Source: an uncultured bacterium
GTDB taxonomy: Bacteria; Krumholzibacteriota; Krumholzibacteriia; LZORAL124-64-63
NCBI GenBank assembly: GCA_963727525.1
Contig: CAVSGO010000007.1
Location: 1,696,001 to 1,760,000, forward strand
DNA: 64,000 bases
Direction: 5' to 3'
In this document: positions 12,074 to 23,500 of the stretch, piece after piece
Layout of the letters: each line of letters starts with the position of its first letter
Numbering within the stretch: the first letter of the stretch is position 1
Made by a program: the position numbers and the translations under genes
The notes under the pieces: generated by a model
What the model saw: only the letters and a program-made list of their open reading frames with translations
Databases searched by the model: none
Told to the model about the DNA's origin: nothing

Positions 12074-13276
12074 TTACCGTCCGATCACGCCGTGGCGGCG
12101 TCCCACCTTGGCGAAGGCCGCGAGCAGACGGTCGATGTGCGCGTCCGTGTGCGCCGCCGAGGCCTGCAACCGGATGCGGGCCTGCCGCCGCGGTACCACC
12201 GGGAAGCTGAAGCCGATGCAGTAGATGCCCTCGGCCAGCAAGTCCGCGCTCATGGCCTGAGCCAAACGTGCATCGTCATCGAACTTGCGGAAGTGCACGG
12301 GCATGATCGGATGGTCGCCCGGATCGATATCGAAGCCCAGCTCGGTGAGCCCCGCGCGGATGCGCTTCTGGTTGCGGTCGAGGGTGCGCAGGGGTTCGGG
12401 ATCCTCGCGCAGGATGCGCAGGACCTCGATCGCCGCGCCGCACACCACCGGCGGCAGCGAGTTGCTGAAAAGATAGGGCCGGCTCTTCTGGCGTAGCCAT
12501 TCCACCACCTCGCGCGGCCCGCAGGTGGCGCCGCCGAGCGCGCCGCCGAGCGCCTTGCCCAGGGTGGTGGTGATGATGTCGACGCGCCCCATCACGCCGA
12601 ACTTCTCATGCGTGCCGCGGCCGGTGGGCCCGGTGAAGCCGGTGGCGTGGCTCTCGTCCACGAGGACGAGGGCGTCGTACTTCTCGGCCAGATCGCAGAT
12701 CTCGGGCAGCTTCGCGAAGTCGCCGTCCATGGAGAACACGCCGTCAGTGACGACCATACGGAACTGCGCGTCGCGGGCTTCCTTCAGGCAGCTCTCGAGG
12801 GAAGCCATGTCGGCGTGCTCGTAGATATGGCGCTGCGCCTTGGCCAGACGCACGCCGTCGATGATCGAGGCGTGGTTGAGCTTGTCGGTGATGATTGCCG
12901 ACCCGCTCTCCAGCAGGGGCTCGAACACGCCACCGTTGGCGTCGAAGCACGCCGCGTAGAGGATGGCGTCCTCCATGCCGAGAAAGTCGGCGAACTCGCG
13001 TTCGAGCTGCTTGTGCAGCTCGGTCGTGCCGCAGATGAAGCGCACCGAGCTTAGGCCGTAGGCCCAGGTATCGAGGGTCTGGCGCGCCGCCGCGACGACG
13101 CGCGGGTCGGATGCCAGACCCAAGTAGTTGTTCGCGCAGAAATTGAGGACCTTCTGCCCGCCGACCGCGATCTCGGCGCCCTGCGGTCCCTGCAGTACGC
13201 GCTCGTCCTTGTAGAGACCCTGCTCCCGGATCGCAGCGAGCTCCCGGGTCAGATGATCCTTCAACGCGCCAAACAT
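12074..13276 (-). CDS. kbl: Glycine C-acetyltransferase (2-amino-3-ketobutyrate CoA ligase)
   Basis: NFCANNYLGL, SVRFICGT, LNHASIIDG, TDGVFSMDG, TLGKALGG, SRPYLFSNS. Confidence 0.95.
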   Translation of the reverse strand: MFGALKDHLTRELAAIREQGLYKDERVLQGPQGAEIAVGGQKVLNFCANNYLGLASDPRVVAAARQTLDTWAYGLSSVRFICGTTELHKQLEREFADFLGMEDAILYAACFDANGGVFEPLLESGSAIITDKLNHASIIDGVRLAKAQRHIYEHADMASLESCLKEARDAQFRMVVTDGVFSMDGDFAKLPEICDLAEKYDALVLVDESHATGFTGPTGRGTHEKFGVMGRVDIITTTLGKALGGALGGATCGPREVVEWLRQKSRPYLFSNSLPPVVCGAAIEVLRILREDPEPLRTLDRNQKRIRAGLTELGFDIDPGDHPIMPVHFRKFDDDARLAQAMSADLLAEGIYCIGFSFPVVPRRQARIRLQASAAHTDAHIDRLLAAFAKVGRRHGVIGR

Positions 13277-13304
13277 CGTCTTGCCTCCCGGCCGGGTCCG
13301 CGTA

Positions 13305-14327
13305 CTAGCCGCGGTACCGCTTGGCCATGTCGTCCAGGGTGTAACATTTGACCTTGTCGGCCCAGCCGGCTTGCCCGAAGGCGATCATGCGCGCCTTGAC
13401 CACCTCGGCCATGGCCACGCGGGCGGGCTTCATGTAGTCGCGCGGATCGAACTTGCCGGGCGTCTGGGCGAAGACTTTGCGGATGGCGCCGGTGATCGCC
13501 AGACGGTTGTCGGTATCGACATTGATCTTGCGCACGCCGTGCTTGATGCCGCGCTGGATCTGGTCCACGGGCACGCCGTACGTTTCCTTGATGTCGCCGC
13601 CGAACTCGTTGATGAGGTCCACCAGTTCCTTGGGTACCGAGCTGCTGCCGTGCATGACCAGGTGGCAGTTGGGCAACTTGGCGTGGATCTTCTCGATGAC
13701 GTCCATCTTGAGCACATCGCCGGTGGGTTTCTTGGTGAACTTGTAGGCACCATGGCTGGTGCCGATGGCCACGGCCAGCGCGTCGCAACCGGTGGCGCCG
13801 ACGAACGCGCCCGCCTGATCGGGATCCGTGAGATGGGCCAGGGCTTCTTCGCCGCTCAGACCGGCGCCATGGCCGTCCTCGATGCCGCCCAGGCAGCCCA
13901 GCTCCCCCTCCACCGTCACGCCGAGCGTGTGCGCCACTTCGACCACCTTGCGGGTGACGTCCGCGTTGTACTCGTAAGTCGCCGGCGTCTTACCGTCCTC
14001 CTGCAGCGAGCCGTCCATCATCACCGAGGTGAAGTTCTGCTGGATGGCGCTGTAGCAGGTGGCCGGGCTGTTGCCGTGGTCCTGGTGCATGGCGATGGGG
14101 ATCTGCGGATTGAGTTCGGCGGCGGCGAGCATGAGGTGCCGCAGGTAGGCGTCGTTGGAGAACTGCCGCGCGCCGCGGCTCGCCTGCACGATGACCGGGC
14201 TGTTGGTCTCGGTGGCGGCCATCATGATGGCCTGGATCTGCTCCATGTTGTTCACGTTGAAGGCGCCGACACCGTAGTCGTGCTCGGCGGCGTGGTCCAG
14301 AAGGACGCGCATGGGGACGAGCGGCAT
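13305..14327 (-). CDS. fba: Class II fructose-bisphosphate aldolase
   Basis: [51 protein letters not shown] at 14327 after AAGGAG. Confidence 0.95.
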   Translation of the reverse strand: MPLVPMRVLLDHAAEHDYGVGAFNVNNMEQIQAIMMAATETNSPVIVQASRGARQFSNDAYLRHLMLAAAELNPQIPIAMHQDHGNSPATCYSAIQQNFTSVMMDGSLQEDGKTPATYEYNADVTRKVVEVAHTLGVTVEGELGCLGGIEDGHGAGLSGEEALAHLTDPDQAGAFVGATGCDALAVAIGTSHGAYKFTKKPTGDVLKMDVIEKIHAKLPNCHLVMHGSSSVPKELVDLINEFGGDIKETYGVPVDQIQRGIKHGVRKINVDTDNRLAITGAIRKVFAQTPGKFDPRDYMKPARVAMAEVVKARMIAFGQAGWADKVKCYTLDDMAKRYRG

Positions 14328-14484
14328 GGTCTCTCTCCTTGTCAGCGGAAGGCGCCGACTGCGACAGGTCGCCTGCGGCGAGGCGGGAAGCCGGCGCGGC
14401 ACGACTTCGGGTTTCTCGATAACCCAAGATATCGCAATGCCTGGCGCGGCTCAAGCTCTCCCTCATGAAACAAGAAACACGCGG

Positions 14485-14525
14485 AAAACACGAGAGCCGC
14501 ACTCGTGTCGGGTGCGGCCCTCGCG
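14485..14525 (-). terminator. Intrinsic terminator after tmRNA
   Basis: Minus strand CGCGAGGGCCGCACCCG-ACA-CGAGTGCGGCTCTCGTG followed by TTTT. Confidence 0.8.
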
Positions 14526-14530
14526 GGATC

Positions 14531-14889
14531 TGGTGGAGGCGGCGGGAATCGAACCCGCGTCCGTAACCGGTACCCTGCAGGCATCTCCATGCTCAGTCGC
14601 CTGTTGATCTCACCAGCCGAGAGGTCAGGCGGCACACCGCCCAGCTGGCCAGCCCCACGTTTGTTTCGCCCTTAGCCAGGAACCTGCATCGGGCTAGCCT
14701 CCGGAAAATGACGCCCCACTGGACCAGGCCGTCGGCCCCCCGGTCCGGGGACGGGCACCTAAGCTAAGCTAGGCAGCCAGTGCGAGGTTGGACTCGTCAC
14801 TTGTTTTGTTTTCCACCGTTTAACGGGATACGTGGGATCCCGGCATGCAGCCCACAGTCCCCCGACCACGTCGAGACCATGTCGCCCCC
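14531..14889 (-). ncRNA. ssrA: tmRNA (SsrA); tag reading frame (A)DESNLALAA* at 14798-14769
   Basis: 5' GGGGGCGAC...TCGAC; 3' GGACGCGGGTTCGATTCCCGCCGCCTCCACCA; 359 nt; internal ORF ends LALAA-TAG. Confidence 0.97.
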
Positions 14890-14952
14890 TACGGATCGCG
14901 ATCCTGCGTCCCGCACAAGATACCTCCGGCGACGTCCGCGGTCAACCGGACC

Positions 14953-17067
14953 TCAACGCCGCCGCCAGACCGTCATCTGCGCCAGCGTGTGCTGGTACTT
15001 GCGCGCCGTCTCACGGATCACGAAGGGCACGTCGCGCGGCTCGCCCATGCTCTCGAAGTGGGCCTCGAGCGCCGCGTGCAGACCCGCGAGCGTGGTCACG
15101 TTCTCGCCGTCCACCTTCTTGCCGCCGATCCAGCGGTCCCGGGGCGTGAACTCCTCGAGCCAGGTGTAGGGCGAGGTGAGCACCAGGAGGCCACCCGACA
15201 CGACCCGCTCGTGCAGGCCGGCGAGCCAGCGCAACGGATCGTAGAGACGGTCGACCAGGTTGGCAGCCAGGACGAGATCGAATCCCGTGAACTGCGGCTT
15301 CAGGTTGTGCGCATCGCCCTGCCAGAATTCCACGCGGTCGCGCATCGTCGCCAGGCCAAGGGCGTCGAGGTGCGTCTCGCGGTAGCTCATAAGCTCGCCC
15401 TCGTCGGAAATAGCGTATCGAGTGTAGCCCTTCTCCTGCAGCTCGTGGCCCACGCGGATGAACCGCGCCGAGAAATCGATGCCGATCACCCTGTCGAACG
15501 TGCGCGCCAGCTCGAAGGTGGCGCGGCCGGTGGCGCAACCCAGGTCGAGCGCGCGCCGCGTGGGCCGGCCCGCGACCAGTTCCGCGCAGATGCTCGCGAG
15601 GCGTTCGCCGAAGTTGGGCACGTCGAAGTATTTCGGTCCGTAGTGGAACTCGCAATACTGCGCGACGAGCGCGTCGGTCTCGTAGACATCTTCGCGCACC
15701 TTCACCGGCGCCTCGGTCTCGATGTATCGCAGTCCGGCGTGCTGGTAGAAATGACGGCGGAAGGCGTAGCGGCTGTCATGCGTGGCCTCGTTGCCGGTGG
15801 AGATCCAGGAGCCACCCTTGATGAGGTTATGCTTGGCATCGAAGGTGGGCGTCGAGAAGTCGTCGTATAGCGGGTGCACCGCGAAGCCTGGAAAGCCGGT
15901 GATCGGCGTCTCCGTGTGCTGCCAAACGTTGCCCACGACATCGCCGAAGCCGCCGTGCACGAACATGTCCACGGGACACGACGACGCGAAGTGCGCGAGA
16001 TTGAGGTTGCCGGGTTCGCTCTCCCAGTCGGGCTGGTCAGGGAGGCCGCTCACCGCGAGGAGTCGGTACCACTCCTCTTCCGTGGGCAAGCGCAGGGGCT
16101 TGCCGGTGGCGGCGGCCTTCCAGGCGCAGAACGCGTGGGCCTCGAGCTGATTCACCTCGACGGGCCAGTTCCAGGGCATAGCGATCTCCTGCACCATGCA
16201 GCGCAGGCGCCAGGTCCCCCGGTCGTCGGCCACCCAGAAGCGCGGGTGCTCGGCCTTCTCGTACTCGCGCCAGGCCCATCCCTCGTCGGTCCACCACCGC
16301 CGCTCGCCGTAGCCACCGGCCTCGATGAACGCGCGGTACTCGCCGTTGCTCACCAGGAAGCGCGCCGCGCGAAACGCGGGCACGTCCGCCGTGAGGTGGC
16401 CGTACTCGTTGTCCCAGCCATAGAGCGCGTGTTCGCGCGGTTTGCCCAGATGTACGCGGCCGCCGGTCACGTCGCTCAAGGAGTTCTCGGGCGCGGGGCC
16501 ACGCCGATCGCACACGGGCCAGTCGGGATGCGGGCGCACGAGGGCGAGCGGGAGGTGGCGGATGAGCACCGAGCTGGTTTCCAGATGGATGCGCTCGTGC
16601 TCGATACCCATGAGAATGACCCAGAACGGATCGGCCCAGCCGATCGGCAAAGACAGCGGCAGATCACTGATCGCCTGGTCGACCACGGCGCGCACGCGAC
16701 GCCGGTACGCCCACACGTCGGCGACCGGCGGCCAGTCGTATTGACCGCCATCGAGATCGTCCCAGCTCATCTCGTCCACACCGATGGCGAAGAGAGATTC
16801 GAGCCGCGGATCCACGCGCTCGGCGACCACCTTGGCCAGAAGCAGCTTGTTCATGAAGAAGACGGCCGTGTGCCCCAGGTAGAAGATGAGCGGATGCCGC
16901 AGGGGATCCGCGCGCCGGTAATAACCCTCGTCCGCCGCGAGTACCTCGAAGAGCTTCTCGTAGACGTCGCAGGTGTCGTGGAAGTACCGGCGAATCTCCT
17001 CGCGCTTCTCCTCGGCCGTACCGGTATCGAGCCGCGGCGAGCGAGCTGCGGTGGGCGTGAGCGCCAT
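14953..17067 (-). CDS. ovoA: 5-histidylcysteine sulfoxide synthase (ovothiol biosynthesis): DinB + FGE-like + methyltransferase
   Basis: LRHPLIFYLGHTA, GVDEMSWDDL, HERIHLETS (HX3HXE iron motif), HPLYDDFSTP, RRHFYQHAG, LDLGCATGR. Confidence 0.93.
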   Translation of the reverse strand: MALTPTAARSPRLDTGTAEEKREEIRRYFHDTCDVYEKLFEVLAADEGYYRRADPLRHPLIFYLGHTAVFFMNKLLLAKVVAERVDPRLESLFAIGVDEMSWDDLDGGQYDWPPVADVWAYRRRVRAVVDQAISDLPLSLPIGWADPFWVILMGIEHERIHLETSSVLIRHLPLALVRPHPDWPVCDRRGPAPENSLSDVTGGRVHLGKPREHALYGWDNEYGHLTADVPAFRAARFLVSNGEYRAFIEAGGYGERRWWTDEGWAWREYEKAEHPRFWVADDRGTWRLRCMVQEIAMPWNWPVEVNQLEAHAFCAWKAAATGKPLRLPTEEEWYRLLAVSGLPDQPDWESEPGNLNLAHFASSCPVDMFVHGGFGDVVGNVWQHTETPITGFPGFAVHPLYDDFSTPTFDAKHNLIKGGSWISTGNEATHDSRYAFRRHFYQHAGLRYIETEAPVKVREDVYETDALVAQYCEFHYGPKYFDVPNFGERLASICAELVAGRPTRRALDLGCATGRATFELARTFDRVIGIDFSARFIRVGHELQEKGYTRYAISDEGELMSYRETHLDALGLATMRDRVEFWQGDAHNLKPQFTGFDLVLAANLVDRLYDPLRWLAGLHERVVSGGLLVLTSPYTWLEEFTPRDRWIGGKKVDGENVTTLAGLHAALEAHFESMGEPRDVPFVIRETARKYQHTLAQMTVWRRR

Positions 17068-17155
17068 GCTATTCCTTCCGGTCGGTCCCCGGTTGCGGCA
17101 GGTTCGTCGCGGGACATGGTAGGGACGTTCGCATGTCGCCGCATGCGCATGCGAA

Positions 17156-17181
17156 GCGGGGCGACCATGTGGCCGCCCCGC
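17156..17181 (-). terminator. GC-rich hairpin after gdhA, possible terminator with weak U tract
   Basis: Minus strand GCGGGGCGGCCA-CA-TGGTCGCCCCGC followed by TTCG. Confidence 0.45.
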
Positions 17182-17217
17182 CTACTCGACAGTGCCGAAC
17201 CGGATCAGCCTCGCGGC

Positions 17218-18594
<1,377 letters not shown>

Positions 18595-18755
18595 TTAGAT
18601 TTTTTGCGCCTCAAAACGCAGAAGCCGGGGCGCCATGTCCCGTGCGTTTCGAAAAGGTAGGACCCGAAAAAGTCAAAGCAAGGAAATAACGGATTACCGA
18701 GCGAAAACCCCCATGAATCAGGGGAATCAGGGCTGATGTTGTCGACGATCCGCGA

Positions 18756-19532
18756 TCAGTGTCGCGAACTGTACGTGCGGAACACGACGTCCCACAGCGG
18801 CAGACTCACACCGTAATGAGAATCGCTGTCACGGTGATGGTGCGCCAGATGATAACGCTTGAGGTAGTGCGCGATGCCATGCGCGCAGCGCGCATGATGC
18901 CACGCGAAGTGTCCCAGGTCGTAGGCCAAGTAGCCCACGAGCAGACCTGCCATGGTCGCCAGGGCCGACGGCAATGGTATGGCAAGGTGGATGAGGACGA
19001 ACAGCACGAGGGCGATCGCGTATCCGGCGAGCGGCGGAAAGACCAGCCGCGAAGGATCCCAGGGGTCCTTGTGGTGAATCCCGTGCGCCAGGAAGTGGAG
19101 CTTCCTTTGCCACGATCCACGGGGACGGTGATGGAAGACGACGCGGTGCAGAAGATACTCGACGAGGGTCCACAGCAGGAAACCCGCCGCGAAGGCCCCG
19201 CCCATCTCGAACCAGCCCATCTCCCGCCAGCGTGCCATTCCGAGCATGAGCACCGTGGTCGGCACCCAGAGCGAGAGTACCAGCCGCCACGAAATGTGGG
19301 TGTTGGCCTCGAGCCACGGGTTCGCGAAGACGGGAAACGATCCCGGAAACGCGGCATCGGGCTGCACCACCGCCAGGCGCTCGCGTACGGAGGGCCTGAG
19401 GTTCACGTGCACCCAGTCCCAGTAGCGGTCGCCGAGCTCGTCGAGCTGGGGTAAGACGGGGCGGGTGTAGTCGACGCCGAACTCGTCGACGACATTCGCA
19501 GCCCCGGCTTGCCGTGGGGTTTCCTGGCTCAC
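18756..19532 (-). CDS. Fatty acid 2-hydroxylase (FA2H/Scs7-like; sterol desaturase superfamily)
   Basis: His boxes EYLLHRVVFH, HGIHHKDP, YDLGH, YHLAHH; RLVFPP; YGVS..LWD; GTG start after GGGAGG. Confidence 0.88.
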   Translation of the reverse strand: MSQETPRQAGAANVVDEFGVDYTRPVLPQLDELGDRYWDWVHVNLRPSVRERLAVVQPDAAFPGSFPVFANPWLEANTHISWRLVLSLWVPTTVLMLGMARWREMGWFEMGGAFAAGFLLWTLVEYLLHRVVFHHRPRGSWQRKLHFLAHGIHHKDPWDPSRLVFPPLAGYAIALVLFVLIHLAIPLPSALATMAGLLVGYLAYDLGHFAWHHARCAHGIAHYLKRYHLAHHHRDSDSHYGVSLPLWDVVFRTYSSRH

Positions 19533-19628
19533 CGCGGTTGCCTCCCTGGCAACACTGGACAATGGCGCCTTCCCGTGTAGGGTTGACATGGTACACACAT
19601 CGCCCCAAGGCGAAAGAGGGAACGCGCG

Positions 19629-20504
19629 GTGCTTTGTTTCTTCGCGAGCGACCTGCACGGCCGCGCCGGCCGGTATGCCCGGCTGTGGGAACGGGTGGGC
19701 GCGGAGAGGCCGCAGGCGATCTTCCTCGGCGGCGATCTCCTACCGATGGCATGGGATCACGGTTGGGTGCGCGACGGAATGACGGGTGCCTATATCGACG
19801 ACGTGCTCCTACCGGCCCTGGCCGCGCTCCGCGACGAGCTGGGACCCGCTTACCCGCGCATCTTCGCCATCCCCGGCAACGACGATCCGGCCTGCGAGGA
19901 ACCGTCCTTCGTGGCGGGCGACACGGGGGCGCTCTGGACCTACCTCCACGGCCGCCGTGCGTCGCTCGACGGCATCCCGGTTCTGGGTTACGCCTGCGTG
20001 CCCCCCACGCCCTTTTCCCTGAAAGACTGGGAGCGTTACGACGTGAGCCGCTACGTCGATCCCGGATGCGTATCTCCGGAGGAAGGGCGACGGTCGATGG
20101 AGGTCGACCTGCGGGAGGTCCGCCACGCCACCATCGCGTCCGATCTCGAGACCCTGGCGGGCGACGCCGATCTGACGGCCGCGGTGGCGCTCTTCCACAC
20201 GCCGCCCTACGACACCTGCCTCGACCGCGCCGCACTCGATGGCCGGCAGGTCGATCACGTGCCGCTCGATCCGCATGTGGGCAGCATCGCGGTGCGGCGC
20301 TGGATCGAGGCGCGCCAGCCGGCGGTGACGCTGCACGGCCACGTGCACGAAGCCGCACGCCTCACCGGCGAGTGGCGCGTGACGATCGGCCGCACGTGGT
20401 GTCTGGGAGCGGCACACGACGGCCCCGAGCTTGGCCTCGTGCGTTTCGATCCGCGGGATCCGGCCGCCGCCACCCGGGAACTTCTCGCACCCTTGCCGGA
20501 CTAG
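19629..20504 (+). CDS. Calcineurin-like metallophosphoesterase
   Basis: SDLHG, GGDL, PGNDD, HTPP, HVGS, LHGHVHE. Confidence 0.88.
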   Translation: MLCFFASDLHGRAGRYARLWERVGAERPQAIFLGGDLLPMAWDHGWVRDGMTGAYIDDVLLPALAALRDELGPAYPRIFAIPGNDDPACEEPSFVAGDTGALWTYLHGRRASLDGIPVLGYACVPPTPFSLKDWERYDVSRYVDPGCVSPEEGRRSMEVDLREVRHATIASDLETLAGDADLTAAVALFHTPPYDTCLDRAALDGRQVDHVPLDPHVGSIAVRRWIEARQPAVTLHGHVHEAARLTGEWRVTIGRTWCLGAAHDGPELGLVRFDPRDPAAATRELLAPLPD

Positions 20505-23500
20505 TCGGCGGCCCGCAGGGGCAGGGGCCGGGCCGCGTCGGTCACGGCATCGATCTTGGCGGCCCAGCTCGTGTGCTCGGCGATGTCGTCGTCGGTGACC
20601 AGGTGTACGTCGAGGAGCCCTTCGCTGCGATACCCCGTACGCAGGTAGTTCATCTCGGCCAGGCACAGGCTCCAGCCCTCGAGCCAGGCCAGCAGCTCGC
20701 GCCGCTGCCGCGTCTCGCCCTGGAAATGCACAAGCAGGTCGATGTCGCTGCCGGGGCCGGCCGTGGCGTTCTTCGTCGACCCGAAGACGTACAGTGCCTT
20801 CACTCCGAAATGCGAGGCATCCAGTTCCTCGGCTACCTTCTCGGCCATGCGCATGCGCCAGAACCAGTACTGGCTCGGTTGCTCCATGTCATTGTAGGCG
20901 CACAATTCCTGGGCGACGGTCGGATTCGTGTCCGGCTCGGCCAGGTAGGCCACCGCGCGCTCGACGTCGGCATTCAGCAGCACGCGCAGGATGCGCCCAT
21001 CGCTGTAGCTGGCCACGTCGATCACGCGGACGCAGTGCGCAACCGCCCCTGCCTCGGGCAACAGATCAAGCAGCAGATTGGGCGCGTCGCGGAAGAATGC
21101 CTCGTTGAAGTCGCAGCCTTCCTCGTCGGGGAACAGCGGCAAGTACCGGATGCGCGATTCCACGAGATCCTGGAAGAAGTGCGTGCCGAAGCTCAGGTCC
21201 GGCTTGTAGCTGCCCTGGCTGCGGGCGATCTCGATGAGCATGGCCGTGTTGCTGATGTCGGAGTAGGAGACGTTCACCCCCAGCTTGATGTCGCCGCGGC
21301 TGCCCCAGCGTCCGGGCCCCATGAGGATGAACTGGCGTTTGGGCAACAGCTCGTTGAGCCGACCGACGACGCGTCCCACGGCCGTCAGCGCGCCCCGATC
21401 CGGCAGCGACGCGTAGGCCTCGGGATCCACGTAGACGATGTGCGTGATGTCCGGAACGTGACCGTTCGACACGTGGAACTGCGTGCCGAAGACGAGCCGC
21501 GCCTTGTCGATCTCCTTGGGGATGGGCGACGGCGCCACGTCGGCGGCATAGCTCTGCGGACGGCATTGCAGAAGGTAGAAATCGGTGCCGTCGTGCGCGA
21601 ATTCCACGTCGACGGGTACCTTCATGTGCTCCTCGAGGATGCGCATCATGACGCCCACGTGGTGCAGGAACGGCGTATCACGCACGAGTCCATCGAAGGT
21701 CGTGACGAGGTCGTCCTTGTCGGGATCCATCAACAGCGGCACGAGCTTCTTGAGCATACCCCCCGAAAGCACCGAGAACACCTTGTCCACCAGCGGATAG
21801 TCATTCCCGCACTCGCAAAGCAGGTCGTGGATGCTCATCGTCTCGAACTCGTTCGATTCGAGATTGAGCACGTCGATCATGGTGGCGCTGTAGCGAACGA
21901 TCTCGTCGGCCCGCACATTGACGCGCAGATTCGGCTGACCGGGAACGAGCAGCGTGGGATAGTCCTCGCCGATGCGATCGACGGCGCGGGTGCCCAGGCC
22001 CGGAACGACGCGCACCAGACCGTCCTCGCGGCGAATGCGCGGCGACCAGCGGAACTCGTTGCGGCTGAAAGCCACGCCCGCGAAGGCCGGCAGGTAATAG
22101 CGGCCCACCGGCGTACCCACAACCTCCTGGATGAGCAACCCCATCTGCTCGTCGAATTCCAGCAGGCCGCGGTCACGACGATACTCGATGGCATCGGGCC
22201 CGAGCAGCGAGGCGTAGATCTCGGCGACCGCGTCCAGCAACGCGGCGAGGCGCTGCTCCTTGGATCCCTGGTTGGCCAGGAAGAGGCTCTTGTACTTGCC
22301 CGAGAACGCCGAACCGAGACGATCCTCGAGCAGGCTCGAGCTGCGCACGATCACGGGCGTCTCGCCGAGATCGTCGAGAGCCACCGAGAGCCCCTTCACG
22401 AGGTCGGGAGGAAACACCGAATTCTTGAAGAGCTGGACAATGTTCGGATACTCGCGCCGGATCGTGGAGATGTCCTTGAACTTCTGCTCCCACACGTCCT
22501 CGAGGTCGTTGTAGTCGAGGAAATCCATCACGGCGTCGGAGGCGACGTACCAGGTGCGCGGGATCTTGATCACCCCCGCCGTTTCGTGGTCGCCCTGCGG
22601 CCGCGAGAGGATCCAGTAGGCGAGCAGCAGCCCGGAGCCCTTGCCGCCAAGCTTGCCGTGCGACTCGGGCGGCATGACCACGCGGTCCAGCAGCTCCGCG
22701 AAGTCCGTGACCCGCACCACTTCCTTGGCGATCTTGGTGAAATCGAGTTGCTCGGTGAGGAAGCGCTGGCAGAGCATCACGCGCAGGCTCTTGAGCGAGC
22801 TGGGCGCCAGCCCGGCGCCGTCGCGCAGGATATGGCAGTAGCGGCGCAGGGCGTTGGCGATCTCCGGCAGGCTGCTGCGCGGATTGTTGAGGATCTTGAA
22901 GAAGAAGCTGGCCTTGTCTTCCTGGATCCAGCGCTGGATGCGCTGCATGATCTCGTTGTCGGTGAGGTGCTTCGACGCGAGGTCGAACGGGCGGTCGGAC
23001 ATGAGCACCGAATCGTCGATATCCAGACGCCGCAGCGGCATGTTCTCGCCCCGGTGCTCGCCGGTCGCCGCCTCGACGTTCTGCAGCAGCTCCTGCGCCT
23101 CGACCATGCCGGTCGAGCACAGGTAGTTCACCATCTTGCGCGCCACGCGTATGGCGAGGGCCTTGTCGGTTTCCCTCATGAGCTGGACGGCGATCTTCCA
23201 GCCGGCGCTCGGCGTGCCGCCGGCCTTGGTGCGTGCCGCTTCCCACTGACGCCGCATGTGCCGCACGCGATGGAACATGAGGTAGTGGCCGAGGCGGTCG
23301 GCGATGCTGTTGAGCAGGCGCAGTTCCTCGCGCAGGAAGGGGCCGACGCCCTCGGGCGGACGCGACTCGGTGTAACACACGTCGAGGGTGCCCACCTCCT
23401 CGTCCTGCAGCATGATGGTGGCCTCGAGATGCCAGGGCGTTTGCCGGTAACCCGCCGTGCGGTACTCGCGGCCCTCGATGGTCAGCTGCGCCTCGCAGAT

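Noticed and set aside
14531-14565. tRNA-like 3' end and possible integration site
   Set aside because: It is the tmRNA 3' end. A terminator and fba follow, with no integrase and no duplicated att fragment seen in the window.
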